Shown here piece after piece: positions 52,901 through 62,869 of a stretch of 64,000 bases of DNA. The notes under the pieces were generated by a model. The model was not told the DNA's origin and did no database searches. It worked only from the letters and a program-made list of their open reading frames with translations. Numbering within the stretch: position 1 is the first letter of the stretch; each line of letters begins with the position of its first letter. The stretch spans positions 40,424,001-40,488,000 of the forward strand of contig OX597817.1 of NCBI GenBank assembly GCA_951406725.2, given 5' to 3'. The DNA is from Octopus vulgaris. Taxonomy: Eukaryota. The position numbers and the translations under genes are program-made.

Positions 52901-55900
52901 GCGAAGACCTGTTGGGGCAAGTGAAATCGAAATTGAACTAAATTCGGTGACTGGCACCCGTGCCACTGGAGTGCTAATAGCTCCACCCAAGCGGGATCAC
53001 TGCCAGAGCAGCTGTCTGGCTTCTGTGCCGGTGGCACGTAAAAAGCACCATTTGAGCGTGATCGTTACCAGCGTTGCCTTACAGGCACTTGTGCCGGTGG
53101 CTCGTGAACAAAACATTTGAGCGAGGTCATTGCCAGTGCTGCTGGACTGACTCCTGTGCAGATGGCACGTAAAAAACACCATTTGAGCATGGCTGTTGCC
53201 AGTACCGCTAGACTGGCCCTTGTGCTGGTGGCACTTTAAAAGCACCCACTACACTCTTGAAGTGGTTGGCATTAGGAAGGGCATCCAACTGTAGAAACTC
53301 TGCCAGATCAGATTGGAGCCTGGTGCAGCCAACTGGTTGGCCAGTCCTCAGTCAAATCGTCCAACCCATGCTAGCATGGAAAGCAGACGTTAAATGATGA
53401 TGATGATAAGGGTCTCTGTTCCTCAAAGCTAGCTGGTCTTGCTATCTCCCCAATTCAAGCACTACCAACTCACTTGTCTCTATTTTTTGACACGCTTGTT
53501 ACCTCCAACCTTTACCACTACCACTACCTGCTTTTTCACTATGCCTGGTTCTTCCTTATGACATCAGTTCTCTGGAATCTTGCAGTGCTATTCTTTTCCT
53601 GCAGGTGTTGATCTGCAACAGTTTAAATGGAGTATTAACGCCACTGAGATCACTGGTTTTGAAGGACATACAAAAATCGTTAGCCCTAAACCCTTTCAAA
53701 CTCAGCAAGTAAATAAACAAAATTATCTTTTAAACTGAAGCCTCCTGGAATTTCTTGTCTCCCCGTGCATTTTTTAAGGACCCTGATCTACAGATGTTCA
53801 AACTGAACTTAAATCTGACCAACCTAGGACAACATGCAGAAGTCATGGACACTGCCTCTTCCTCCTCCTTACTATAAAAGTAAAAATAACAATCAGTATT
53901 GTCTACTTACTGTCATTTATTTAGCATTGATTTCTCTCCTTTCATCATTGGCAACTCTCTTTTATGTAGTGCTGCTGACTCAACCTTGTTCACTCAAGCA
54001 GATTTATGACACAGAACCATTTTATAGATATTTCTAGACATAGTCTAATTATTTTAACCTTTTAGCATTCAGATTACTCTGTCAAATATAATGCTTATTT
54101 ATTCACATTGTTTTGTATTAATTATGCAGTTATCTTAGAGCTTCAAGATTTGATGATGTGATTGTTTATCTTTAGAATAATACTGTAGGGTGTGTGTGAA
54201 AGTCTGCATCTGGATGGTTTGAACATAAAAACTGGTAGAATATTTAGACTGGATACGGCCAGTTTAAATACTAAAGAGTTAATACCGTAAACCCTCAAGT
54301 ATAGTCCACCCTTGAGTATAATATGCAGGGGATTTTTAGGGTGCTATACCTCTGTAAAAGCTAAACCTTGTGTATAATACGCACCCCTTCTTTAACTTGA
54401 GTCAAGGAAGTCTATATAACATAATGCAAGCGTGTAACTTTTTTTGTGCATTTTGTTTACAGACAATAAAGAAATAACAGTAATAAGGTTTAATAAATGT
54501 TGCTTACTGCAAGTTATAGCTGATTCTTTTATGACTTCATTGCTTTCAGGCTTAGCTTAAGGTATTTTTGCTCCCAACACCACAAAGTGCCAGACAGCAA
54601 ATAGAGACTCGGACATTGCTTAGAAAATATTTTTCATTTTTAACCTCGTATATAGTACGCACTAGGGATTTTGACCTTTAAATTTTAGGAAAAAATGCAG
54701 ATTATACTTGAGCATTTACGGTATACTATTTTGTTTTTTTGGTAATATGATATGCTTAAGAAGACTCATCAAGCCAAGTGAAACCATAGTCATGGCCATT
54801 GCCAGTGTCGTGTAAATGGCACCTGTGCTGGCGGCACATAAAAAGCACCCGCTACACTTTTGGAGTGGTTGGTGTTAGGAACGGCCTGCAACCATATAAA
54901 CCATGCCCAATCAGACTGGAACTTGGTGCAGCTCTCTTGTTTAACAGTTCCACTCAAACTGTCTAACCCATGCCAGTATGGAAAGTGAACGTTAAATGAT
55001 GATGATGAAAACAATAACAAGTTTATTACTGAAGATTTCATTACTGTTCCACTAACTTTATTCAGCATACTAGCAGCTAAGCCCAGTTTCACCTGGTCGG
55101 TTTGGATGATGTGGCTGTAAAACCTGCTCTGTGTTAGCATTCGACTTGTTTGGGCACGTGTATGTTGAAGAACAATTTTAGAATGACATTTTTCTGTCAA
55201 AACATTAAAAATAACTGACCAACAATAAAAACCAACCAAGATTCAACCAAATCAAAAAATAAACCAAAATACTAAACGAACAAAGAGGAACCATCCCACT
55301 TCCATTGCACACACACACACACACACACACACATTCACATACCACCCCCCTTTTACATACACATATATTCACCCAGAGTTGAAATGCTGTTTGATTTATT
55401 TTTTTCAGCGTACAATTTTCATCATCCCACTACCAAGTATGACATCACCCCTTCCTTCCTTATTCCTCTATCATCCCTTCCTTTCTCATTCATAAACATA
55501 AGAGTATTATTATAGTAGATTATCTCGGTAACTACCGGATCATTCTACACATCTGTGTAATTTTTCGTGCAGTTCCACTCAGCCGTTTGACTGAATCCCA
55601 AGACAAGAAATAATCGCCCATGTCAAATTTATATGTATAGATAAATACACGTAATTATGATGGTTTCTCACAATTTTCACCAAAATTTTGAGGTGAGGGG
55701 ATGAAAGGCAAAGTCAACCTTGACAGTATTTGAAATCAAATCATGAAGAAAAAAAACTGAAAGAAATCCTGCTAAGCATCTTGTCCAGCATGCTAACAAT
55801 TCTTATTCCCTTATTGCCCACAAGGGGCTAAACACAGAGGGGACAAAGGGATTAAGTCGATTACATCAACCTCAGTGCGTAATTGGTACTTAATTTATCG

Positions 55901-57299
55901 ACTCCGAAAGGATGAAAGGCAAAGTCGACCTTGGTGGAATTTGAACTCAGAACGTAACGGCAGACGAAATACTGCTAAGCATTTCGCCCGGCGTGCTGAC
56001 GTTTCTACCAACTTGCTGCCTTTTGTTAGCATGCTAACAATTCTGCCAATTTGTTGCCTTCGCACATATAATAATAATCCTTTTACTATAGGCACAAGGC
56101 CTGAAATTTTGGCGGGAAAGGACTTGAGTCAATTACATCAACCCGTTTTCCACTGGTACTTAATTTATCAACCCTGAATGGATGAAAGGCGAAGTCGACC
56201 TCAGCAGAATCTGAACTCAGAACATAGCGACGGGCGAAATTCCACTAAGCATTTCATCCAGTGTCCTAACAATTCTGCCAGCTCGCCACCTTACAAGTGA
56301 TAACGATGAAGATGAAAACGATAATTGAACCAGCCACACAACTATTTAAGCACATCCTGTTGATTAATTTATTAGTTACTAGCAGTATTGCCCGGTGTTG
56401 CTCGGGTTTGTAAGGGAAATAACTATATAAGCATTTTTAGAGAGTTATAGCCAAAAAAATGCATTAAAAATGGAAAAAAAATTATAGTAAATTTTCTTTT
56501 AAATCGTTGACTCATCGTAGATATTTTTAGAGAGTTACTTCCCTTGTATTTAAAAAAATATGCGTTAAAATGGAAAAAAATGATGGTAAATTATTTTTAA
56601 AATCGTAGACTCATCGTAGACGTGTGCTAATACCCAGAAGGGCTTGATATGAATCACGACTATAAGATACCCGGTTTTGGTTAAACTGCACCGCAAAATG
56701 TGGGAGTAGTTAGGAATCTAAATCGAAGGGGACAGACACTCACACAACTACAGTTTTATATATATAGATTGACAGTTGACTCCATTCCAATAATGTTTGT
56801 ATTCTAAGTATTTCCTATTGAATTATGTCTTTTTACATTTCCGTTTTCCAAAATAGGTTTACAAATTTCATACCTAATTTTATTGTTGTTTAATATTAAT
56901 GATTTCTTTTCTCTTTTTCTTTTTTTTATGCAATGTCAGACCTTCGTTTTCCACAGCCTGGATGAATCTTGGCATAGTTAAGGCATCTCAGAAAAAATAT
57001 GAAGAAGCTTTATCTAGTTATCGCACAGCTATTCAGCACCGGCGGAACTATCCAGACTGTTATTATAATATGGGAAACTGTGTAAGTGTATTCATTTCAC
57101 AGAAACTTTTTTTTTTACCTTCATCGTTTCTACTTGTGAAGTTATCATCATCATCATCATCATTGTTTTTAACATCCACCATCTCTCTCCTGCTCTTTCT
57201 TGTACTCTTGTTGTCTCCCACTCTCTCTCCCCTTCTCCTGCTCTTCCCTCAGGCTGGGTAACCATGTATCTCCTTTACAGCAGCACACATGTTTCTGTC

Positions 57300-57336
<37 letters not shown>

Positions 57337-60300
57337 GATAACCTTGTACCTCCTCTACAGCAAGACACCTGTTTCTTATTTCTTGATTGCCCACAAGGGG
57401 CTAAACATAGAGGGGACAAACAAAGACAGACAAAGGGATTAAGTCGATTAGATCAACCTCCAGTATGTAACTGGTACTTAATTTATCAACCTCAAAAGGA
57501 TGAAAGGTGAAGTCGGCCTTCGGCGGAATTTGAACTCAGAACGTAGCGGTAGACGAAATACCCATTTCTTTACTACCCACAAGGGGCGAAACACAGAAGG
57601 GACAAACAAGGACAGACAAACGAATTAAGTCGATTATATTGACCCCAGTGCATAATTGGTACTTAATTTATCGACCCCAAAAGGATGAAAGGCAAAGTCG
57701 ACCTTGGCAGAATTTGAACTCAGAACGTAGCAGCAGATGAAATACTGCTAAGCATTTCATCTGGCATACTAACATTTCTGCCAGCTCGCCACCTTAGCAA
57801 GACACCTGTTTCTGTCTCACTATAAACTTTCATCATCTGACACAAGATCACTTCCTCCAATGCCCCCTCCCCTATAAAAGGATTTTTGTCTTGTAAGTTA
57901 CTTGATGACCCTACCAATGCTGATGCCATGTAAAAAACATCCAGTCCTCACCGTAAAGTTATTGGCATTTGGAAGGGCATCCAGCTGTAAAATCCCTGCC
58001 AAAACAGACACAGAAGTCTGGTGCAGGTTCCTGCCTGGTTGGCTCCTATCAAACTGTCCAACCCATGCCAGCATGGAAAGCAGACGTTAAACAATGATGA
58101 TGATGACTTATCCATGCTTACATGACTCTGTCAGAATTTGTTGAGGCAGATTTGCTACAAGTGGATGCCCTTCTTGTCACCCAATCCTCACCTGTTTTCA
58201 AGTAAGATCATATTTTCTCATAGCCAAACCAGTTTTCGTGCAAGATTAAAAATGGTCATCACTTGCTTAATGGTGGTGACCCTTGTTTACAACTACCACA
58301 CAGTATTGAGGCAAGGAGATAGTAACATGCTCACATACATACACACACTCATACGTATGTAGTATGGGCCTCTTTCAGTTTCTTATTTATTTATTGCCCA
58401 CAAGGGGCTAAACATAGAGGGGACAAACAAGTACAGACAAATGGATTAAGTTGATTACATCGACCTCGAAAGGATGAAAGGCAAAGTCGATCTCGGTGGA
58501 ATTTGAACTCAGAACATAATGACAAATGAAATACCTATTTCTTTACTACCCATAAGGGGCTATACACAGAGAGGACAAACAATGACCGACAAATGGATTA
58601 AGTCGATTATATTGACCCCAGTGCATAACTGGTACTTATTTAATCGACCCCCAAAAGGATGAAAGACAAAGTTTACCTCGGCAGAATTTGAACTCAGAAC
58701 ATAAAGACAGACGAAATACCACTAAGCATTTCACCTGATGTGCTAACGTTTCTGCCAGCTTGCTGCCTCTTTCAGTTTCTACCTACTAAATTCACTCACA
58801 AGGCATTGATCAGCCTGGGTCTGTATTTGGACACTTACCCAAGGTGGCACACTTGCATCCCAACCACCTGAACTCAAAGTCAGATGGTTAGGGGTGCAAG
58901 CTTCTTAACACACCTCCATGTCTGTATTCTTTTTAATTCCAAGAGTTGTGATGGTGAACAAAACCTTATTCCTGTTGTTCTGGTGCTAAGCAATAAGAGA
59001 TAGTTTTTCAATGGATTCTCTTTTGAGAACATTTTAGCTTAGAACTTCAAATTGTCTTCCATAACGGCTGGCAAAAAAGAAATTTAATAAATTCTGAAAA
59101 TGAATATTACTCATTAAATTAATATTTTTTATTTCACAAAATATTTAATGTGAGTCACATTTAATGCATAGAATGTTAAAAAAACATGTTAATATGAACT
59201 TAACTTAAAATGGTGAACTGGCAGAATAGTTAGCACGCCAGGCAAAATGCTTAGCAGCATTTTTCCAGGGTCGATAAAATAAGTACCACTTGAACCCTGG
59301 AGTCAATGTAAGTGACTTACCCTTTCCCTGAAATTGCTGGCCTTGTACCAAAATTTGAAACCAATACTCTTTTACTTGTTTCAGTCATTTGACTGTGACC
59401 ATGCTGGAGCACCGCCTCTAGTCGAGCAAATCAACCCCAGGACTTATTCTTTGTAGGCCTAGTACTTATTCTATTGGTCTCTCCTGCTCACCGCTAAATT
59501 ATGGGGATGTAAACACACTAGCATTGGTTGTCAAACGATGTTGTGGGGACAAACACAGATGCACAAACATATACACATACACAACGGGCTTCTTTCAGTT
59601 TCCGTCTACTAAATCCACTCACAAGGCTTTGGTCTGCTATAGTAGAAGACACTTGCCAAGGTACCACACACAGTGAGGAAAATAGAATTGTGTAGAGATT
59701 AACTATTTAGAGATGAACACCCTCCCTGTACATAACTCCTTGTCCCCCTACATGGCCTTGCTTTTTGCTTTTTGAGCCAAAAAATTAACTTAACTATTTC
59801 AAAGACATCAACAGCATCTTAAAAAAAAAAAAAAAATCAGCTGGTTCTCATCCGATCACCGAAGTTAAGCATCGTTGAGCCTAGTCAGTACTTAGATGGG
59901 TGACCGCTTGGGAAACCTAGGAGCTGTAAGCATTCTATTAAATTCTATTAAAAAAAATATATCACGAGTTGTCTCCCATACTTGCTGGAAAAATTAAATC
60001 AATGGTGATTGTTTTTAACGCTTTGCTTGTTTTATTGTATTGTATTTTTTTTTAAACTCTGTGCATTAGCATTAACTTCTTTAATCAATACTTTCCCTGG
60101 TTATCTATTTGAAAATGGTTCATACCAGACGAACGAAAATTAAGTATATTAAAGATGAACTTTGTCTTAGTATAATAATAATAATTTCATTTGTGTCTGC
60201 CTGTCTAGCAATGTCTCTGTATTTCTCATCCACCCTTTGTTTATAATAATAATAATAATGAAATTATTATTATTATTATTATAATGAAATTATTGTATAC

Positions 60301-62515
60301 AGTGCTCAGGTGCACCACAACTTGTCAAAAGTGCGTATAAAGCATATACAGTGATGTACAAATGTCTGGAAAATGAACAGTGTATGAGGCAGATACGTGC
60401 TTGCGTGTGTCTGGAGGGGAGAAAATCAGGTGTAATGTTGGTGAATCACAGGAAGCATGGAAGTTTTGAAGGATGCAGTGCTATGACAAATAACAACTGA
60501 TGCCGGCAGTTTGTTCCATACTTCAGCAACTCTTAGCATGAAAAAAATGTTTCCGAAAGTCATTGGAACTGTGCTGTTTTCTGACTTTGTAAACATGTCC
60601 ACAGGTGTTAGACAGGTGGAGTTTGAAAAGGTGCTCAGAGTTATTATTAGCAAGATGGTTAATCATTTTATGGGTGTCTGCCAAGTCAGCTGCCAGAATT
60701 GAAAAGAATATATAGGTACAGGCATGACTATGTTTAAGATATTTGCTTCCCAACTACATAATTTCAGGTTCAATCCCACACAGTGAGCCTTGTGAACAGA
60801 TTTGGTAGACAGATGCTGAAATAAACCCACACATATACGTACGTTTGTGTATCTCCTTGTCCTGACATTACACAACGATCAGCCTCATTATCGAAGCACT
60901 GTCCTTCATTTCCATTCTTCCACGAAACCACGTCTGATCATGAGGAAACATTACTTTACTTGGAAACAGGTGAGGATTGGTGACAGGAAGGGCATCCAGC
61001 CATTGTAAAATCTGCCTCAATGAACTCTGTCTGACTCATGCCAGCATGGAAACATGAATGTTAAAAACAATGGCAAGGATGATACTGAGTTGTTAAAGCA
61101 TTGAAGAGGAAGTGTTGCAGTATTCTATACTATAGCCTTGGGCCAACCAAAGCCTTGTGAGTGGATTTGGTAGACGGAAACTGAAAGAAACCCATCGTCG
61201 AGAAGGTGACTGCACTCCAGAAATATGACGGCGGATAGTACTTGGCAGAGAGGCAATGGTCAGCATGAGCAGGGTCTGGAAGAGTAGAGACATCAGACTC
61301 GCTACCAAATGCAGATTGGTGAATGCAATTGTCTTCCCAATAGCAACATATGGATGCGAGACCTGGACACTAAAGAAAGCTGACCAGAAGAGAATTAATG
61401 CATTCGAGCTTTGATGTTGGAGAAGACTTTTACGGATTCCATGGACAGCGAGGCTCACCAATGGAGAAGTTCTTAAGCAGATAAGGCTGAAAATGTCGCT
61501 AGAAGCTAGGATCACCAAGCATAGATTGGCATAGTTCAGTCATAATATGCGGAGAAAATCCCTGGAGAAGGACATCATGCTCGGAATGGTCAGTGGCAAG
61601 AGAGGAAGAGGTCGACCAAGAACCCACTGGCTTGACACCATTAAGAGTGATACCGGAATGGACATAGCCAATCTGAAAGAAGCAGCCCAGGATAGAACTG
61701 ACTGGAGGACACTGATCCAACAAGTGACCGAGAGTAGACTTCAACTGAGTGGATAGAGAGATATGTACGTATGTGTGTGTATATGTTTGTACATCTGTGT
61801 TTGTCCCCCCCAACATCGCTTGACAACCGATGCTGGTGTGTTTATATCACCATAACTTAGCGGTTCGGCAAAAGAGACCGATAGAATAAGTACTAAGCTT
61901 ACAAAGAATAAGTCCTGGGGTAGATTTGCTCGACTAAAGGCGGTGCTCCAGCATGGCCACAGTCAAAATAACTGAAACAAAGTAAAAGAGTAAAGAGTAT
62001 TCATTTTATATAATATATATGCATCCATATGTGTGTGTGTGTTAACCAAAGGAAGACGTGCAGTGTCTGTGCTCTCTTTTGGGCTTCAAGACTTTTGAGG
62101 ATGATGCTCAGCCTGAACATCTGCTGAAAAAACATGTGGATGACATCAGAACCAAAGGTTTGGTGTAAATGTTTGAAAGAGGTTGAACATTACTAAAGAT
62201 GCCCAACAATGAAATGTTGGATATTTTTCTAATTTAAGGATCACCACATCTAGCCATTTTTAAATACTGTGGTATTAATTGTAACTCTACTGTTCTTTCA
62301 ATTTAATGAAATGATCATCGTCATCTTTGAAATATAAATTTTCTTCCATTTTTATTATAAAAGTTTATATTACATTTTTTTTTAATATTGTATTTCCTAG
62401 TTCTTGGAGACAAAACAATATCAACTGGCCCTACTTGCTTGGCAAAATGCAACTTTGTTAAAATCTACACATCTAAGTTCTTGGAGTAACATGGTAATTC
62501 TTCTTGATAACATGG
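6294..62515 (+). CDS. TMTC4: TMTC4-like protein O-mannosyltransferase (transmembrane and TPR-containing protein), internal part of a spliced gene; 13 exons in window, 5' and 3' ends outside
   Basis: join(6294..6504,16620..16707,21739..21851,29915..30004,31955..32116,36712..36914,39931..40108,45802..45858,50701..50772,51374..51453,52353..52460,56940..57081,62401..62515). All introns are GT-AG, phases chain with no stop codon, total 1619 nt. The peptide carries TMTC hallmarks: [86 protein letters not shown] and TPRs. By recollection it is closest to vertebrate TMTC4. Confidence 0.93.
11047..11352 (-). mobile_element. Young tRNA-derived SINE with 15-bp target-site duplication
   Basis: Minus-strand head GGAAGTACATGACCTAGTGGTTAGAGC...GGTTCGAATCTC (A and B boxes). 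TCTAAGCTATGAAGT lies at 11032-11046 and 11353-11367. CpG-rich. Older relatives at about 30177-30410, 30443-30670, 31265-31560 and 37110-37440. Confidence 0.85.
11953..12463. mobile_element. Non-autonomous Tc1/mariner-superfamily (Tc2/pogo-like) MITE, copy 1
   Basis: TIRs (T/C)CGTAAATCCTCGAGTATA...TATACTCGAGGATTTACGG flanked by TA; second copy at 54285-54721. Confidence 0.85.
12576..12960 (-). mobile_element. tRNA-head SINE, family A (the most abundant repeat in the window)
   Basis: Head GGAGTGGCTGTGTGGTAAG...GGTTCAGTCCC, internal (TA)/(TG) tract, tail ...ACTGAAACAAGTAAAAGAG. Other copies: + 17970-18382, 19545-20005, 25760-26142, 32563-32954, 38086-38416, 47629-48012, 51720-52090, 61125-61998; - 28025-28444, 39430-39800, 40735-41154, 49483-49873, 59366-59680. 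Confidence 0.88.
16620..16707 (+). CDS. TMTC4: TMTC4 exon 2: [29 protein letters not shown]
   Basis: ttccag acceptor; gtaagt donor at 16708; 88 nt, phase 0 to 1. Confidence 0.93.
16869..16995. mobile_element. 127-bp hAT-like MITE
   Basis: Termini CAGGGC...GCCCTG; 8-bp TSD CCCACCAG at 16861-16868 and 16996-17003. Confidence 0.8.
20050..21190 (-). mobile_element. Head-to-tail array of about 5 SINE copies (family B, Meta-domain-like core)
   Basis: Repeated GAAAGGATGAAAGGCAAAGTCGACC..GGAATTTGAACTCAGAA units, partly separated by (AAT)n. Related copies at 24275-24500, 25005-25235, 51482-51680, 55690-56292, 57375-57795 and 58380-58770. Confidence 0.8.
21739..21851 (+). CDS. TMTC4: TMTC4 exon 3: (D)[37 protein letters not shown]
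   Basis: tttttcag acceptor; gtaagt donor at 21852; 113 nt, phase 1 to 0; KEQG motif. Confidence 0.92.
23391..23526. repeat. Perfect inverted repeat, 57-bp arms with a 22-nt spacer
   Basis: 23391-23447 is the exact reverse complement of 23470-23526; each arm carries GAAACAATTGTA (hammerhead 3' half) on one strand. Confidence 0.92.
29915..30004 (+). CDS. TMTC4: TMTC4 exon 4: GICSAYDIIIVCRIDPLHFISLIKNQKIPN
   Basis: ttcag acceptor; gtaagt donor at 30005; 90 nt, phase 0 to 0; G..AYD continues the KEQGITV motif. Confidence 0.88.
31628..31710 (-). ncRNA. Type I hammerhead ribozyme-like motif (G12>A, probably inactive)
   Basis: Minus strand: CUCAU-CUGAUGA-[long stem II]-AAAAC-AGCU-GUA-AUGAG; stem I CUCAU/AUGAG; palindromic stem III ACAGCUGU. 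Confidence 0.55.
31955..32116 (+). CDS. TMTC4: TMTC4 exon 5: KVPCWGKSLLLRHLILIVSG...PPTFQIVDNPHSFVSSFYLR
   Basis: tttcag acceptor; gtaagt donor at 32117; 162 nt; start of DUF1736 (PP.F..DNP). Confidence 0.9.
35095..35490 (-). mobile_element. Mariner transposase N-terminal remnant
   Basis: Degenerate AIKF..LGKNAS.TYEMLHTAY...SQASVFHWHKRFKNSRE.V.DD followed by VATVQRISHEDLNMCQICEKFVLRMLS (mariner HTH and WVPxxL-like region). Confidence 0.72.
36350..36545 (-). mobile_element. Non-LTR (RTE-like) reverse transcriptase fragment
   Basis: Degenerate QVDVHQGSVLSSL...LYVDDLVLI (QG and Y/FADD motifs). Confidence 0.65.
36712..36914 (+). CDS. TMTC4: TMTC4 exon 6: [31 protein letters not shown]...SPGHQK(R)
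   Basis: tttctag acceptor; gtaatt donor at 36915; 203 nt, phase 0 to 2. Confidence 0.93.
39190..39385. repeat. About 39-bp minisatellite (about 5 units) at the 5' end of a minus-strand RTE-3'-derived element (38840-39385)
   Basis: Repeated GAGGCCCA.CACTTGAAAGGAACTCAGCC..CTTGCCTCC units. Confidence 0.8.
39931..40108 (+). CDS. TMTC4: TMTC4 exon 7: [40 protein letters not shown]...VFSKK
   Basis: ggcag acceptor; gtaaat donor at 40109; 178 nt, phase 2 to 0. Confidence 0.94.
43831..44360. mobile_element. piggyBac-like (TTAA) MITE carrying a nested insertion
   Basis: TTAA-CCCTTTAGCATT...AATGCTAATGAG-TTAA. Uninterrupted relatives at 54058-54278 and 35682-35898. The nested repeat at about 43885-44190 is also present at about 9550-9830 in the opposite orientation. 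Confidence 0.7.
45802..45858 (+). CDS. TMTC4: TMTC4 exon 8 (short TM exon): VVTSLLIFLVVINIYRSVQ
   Basis: ctttcag acceptor; gtaaaa donor at 45859; 57 nt, phase 0 to 0; supplies the last TM helix before R..EW. Confidence 0.82.
48117..48681. mobile_element. Degenerate Tigger/pogo-like MITE
   Basis: TA-CAGTTATGCTTCACTTTATGAG ... CTTGTATATCGAGGCATTGCTA-TA imperfect TIRs. Confidence 0.55.
49190..49378 (+). mobile_element. CR1/L2-type reverse transcriptase fragment inserted in a SINE
   Basis: IPQGSVLGPLLFVAYINGID...LKYADDIKLY...LQSD. Confidence 0.8.
50701..50772 (+). CDS. TMTC4: TMTC4 exon 9: RSSEWQTEFQLFTSGAKVCPLNAK
   Basis: T-tract and cag acceptor; gtaagc donor at 50773; 72 nt. Confidence 0.92.
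51094..51289. mobile_element. Small Tc2-like MITE in the intron between exons 9 and 10
   Basis: TA-CCGTATTTGATGGCATTATAA ... TTTTATGCCATTAAATATTG-TA imperfect TIRs. Confidence 0.6.
51374..51453 (+). CDS. TMTC4: TMTC4 exon 10 (TPR): IHYNIGKVLGDAGQVQMAIDKYYEAI(R)
   Basis: tttaag acceptor; gtcagt donor at 51454; 80 nt, phase 0 to 2. Confidence 0.91.
52353..52460 (+). CDS. TMTC4: TMTC4 exon 11 (TPR): LNPEYDQAMNNLANILKDQGQEEAAENLLTKAIQI(R)
   Basis: ttctag acceptor; gtaaat donor at 52461; 108 nt, phase 2 to 2. Confidence 0.92.
54285..54721. mobile_element. Tc2/pogo-like MITE, copy 2 (internally deleted)
   Basis: Colinear with 11953-12463; TA-CCGTAAACCCTCAAGTATA...TATACTTGAGCATTTACGG-TA. Confidence 0.85.
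56379..56768 (-). mobile_element. Non-autonomous Helitron
   Basis: Minus strand begins TC (56768) and ends CTAG (56379), inserted between A and T with no TSD. Subterminal hairpin CCCGAGCAACACCGGG lies about 12 nt from the 3' end. Internal ~90-bp tandem duplication. Confidence 0.8.
56940..57081 (+). CDS. TMTC4: TMTC4 exon 12 (TPR): PSFSTAWMNLGIVKASQKKYEEALSSYRTAIQHRRNYPDCYYNMGNC
   Basis: Pyrimidine tract and gtcag acceptor; gtaagt donor at 57082; 142 nt, phase 2 to 0. Confidence 0.93.
59838..59934 (+). pseudogene. 5'-truncated 5S rRNA copy (dispersed pseudogene or retrocopy)
   Basis: GGTTCTCATCCGATCACCGAAGTTAAGCATCGTTGAGCCTAGTCAGTACTTAGATGGGTGACCGCTTGGGAAACCTAGGAGCTGTAAGCA matches metazoan 5S from about nt 25 to the 3' end, including the A/IE/C internal control region. 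A-rich flanks on both sides. Confidence 0.88.
60270..60700 (-). mobile_element. CR1-like LINE 3' end (ORF2 C-terminus, 3' UTR, (ATT)n tail)
   Basis: GHVYKVRKQHSSNDFRKHFF / LRVAEVWNKLPASVV...SFK; related fragments at about 46880-47135 and 52105-52330. Confidence 0.78.
61199..61762 (+). mobile_element. RTE (BovB-like) LINE 3' fragment inserted in a SINE
   Basis: EI*RRIVLGREAM...TKCRLVNAIVFPIATYGCETWTLKKADQKRINAFEL*CWRRLLRIPWTARLTN...LEKDIMLGMVSGKRGRGRPRTHWLD...DRTDWRTLIQQVTESRLQLSG*. In-frame stops are present but I saw no frameshift. Confidence 0.9.
62401..62515 (+). CDS. TMTC4: TMTC4 exon 13 (TPR): FLETKQYQLALLAWQNATLLKSTHLSSWSNMVILLDNM(G)
   Basis: ttcctag acceptor; gtaagt donor at 62516; 115 nt, phase 0 to 1. 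Confidence 0.91.
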
Positions 62516-62869
62516 GTAAGTAAACTTCATTAAATATTTCATTTTACAACATCTTTTAGGGTATTTTTGGGACTTTTGCCCTTTATAGGCAGCTCAATGA
62601 TTAGTTTGGAGGCTACTAGTGAGTACTTGATTCACATGTAGTGCAATATCAAGTGGTGGGGGTCACTGTTGAGCAATTATGGAAGTGTTTGGATTAATTT
62701 TTTTCTTCTCTTCAGATTCTATTGTTATTCGCTGCTCTGATATGTCTTTCACTGGTTTGAATCTATTTAACATTTTCCAGTTAAAGTCCTTGAGACACTT
62801 TATTTCACATTTCTTCAGTCTACTCAACTGGCCAAAATAAGTTGCACCCGTAACTTAAAAGGCCAGCCT

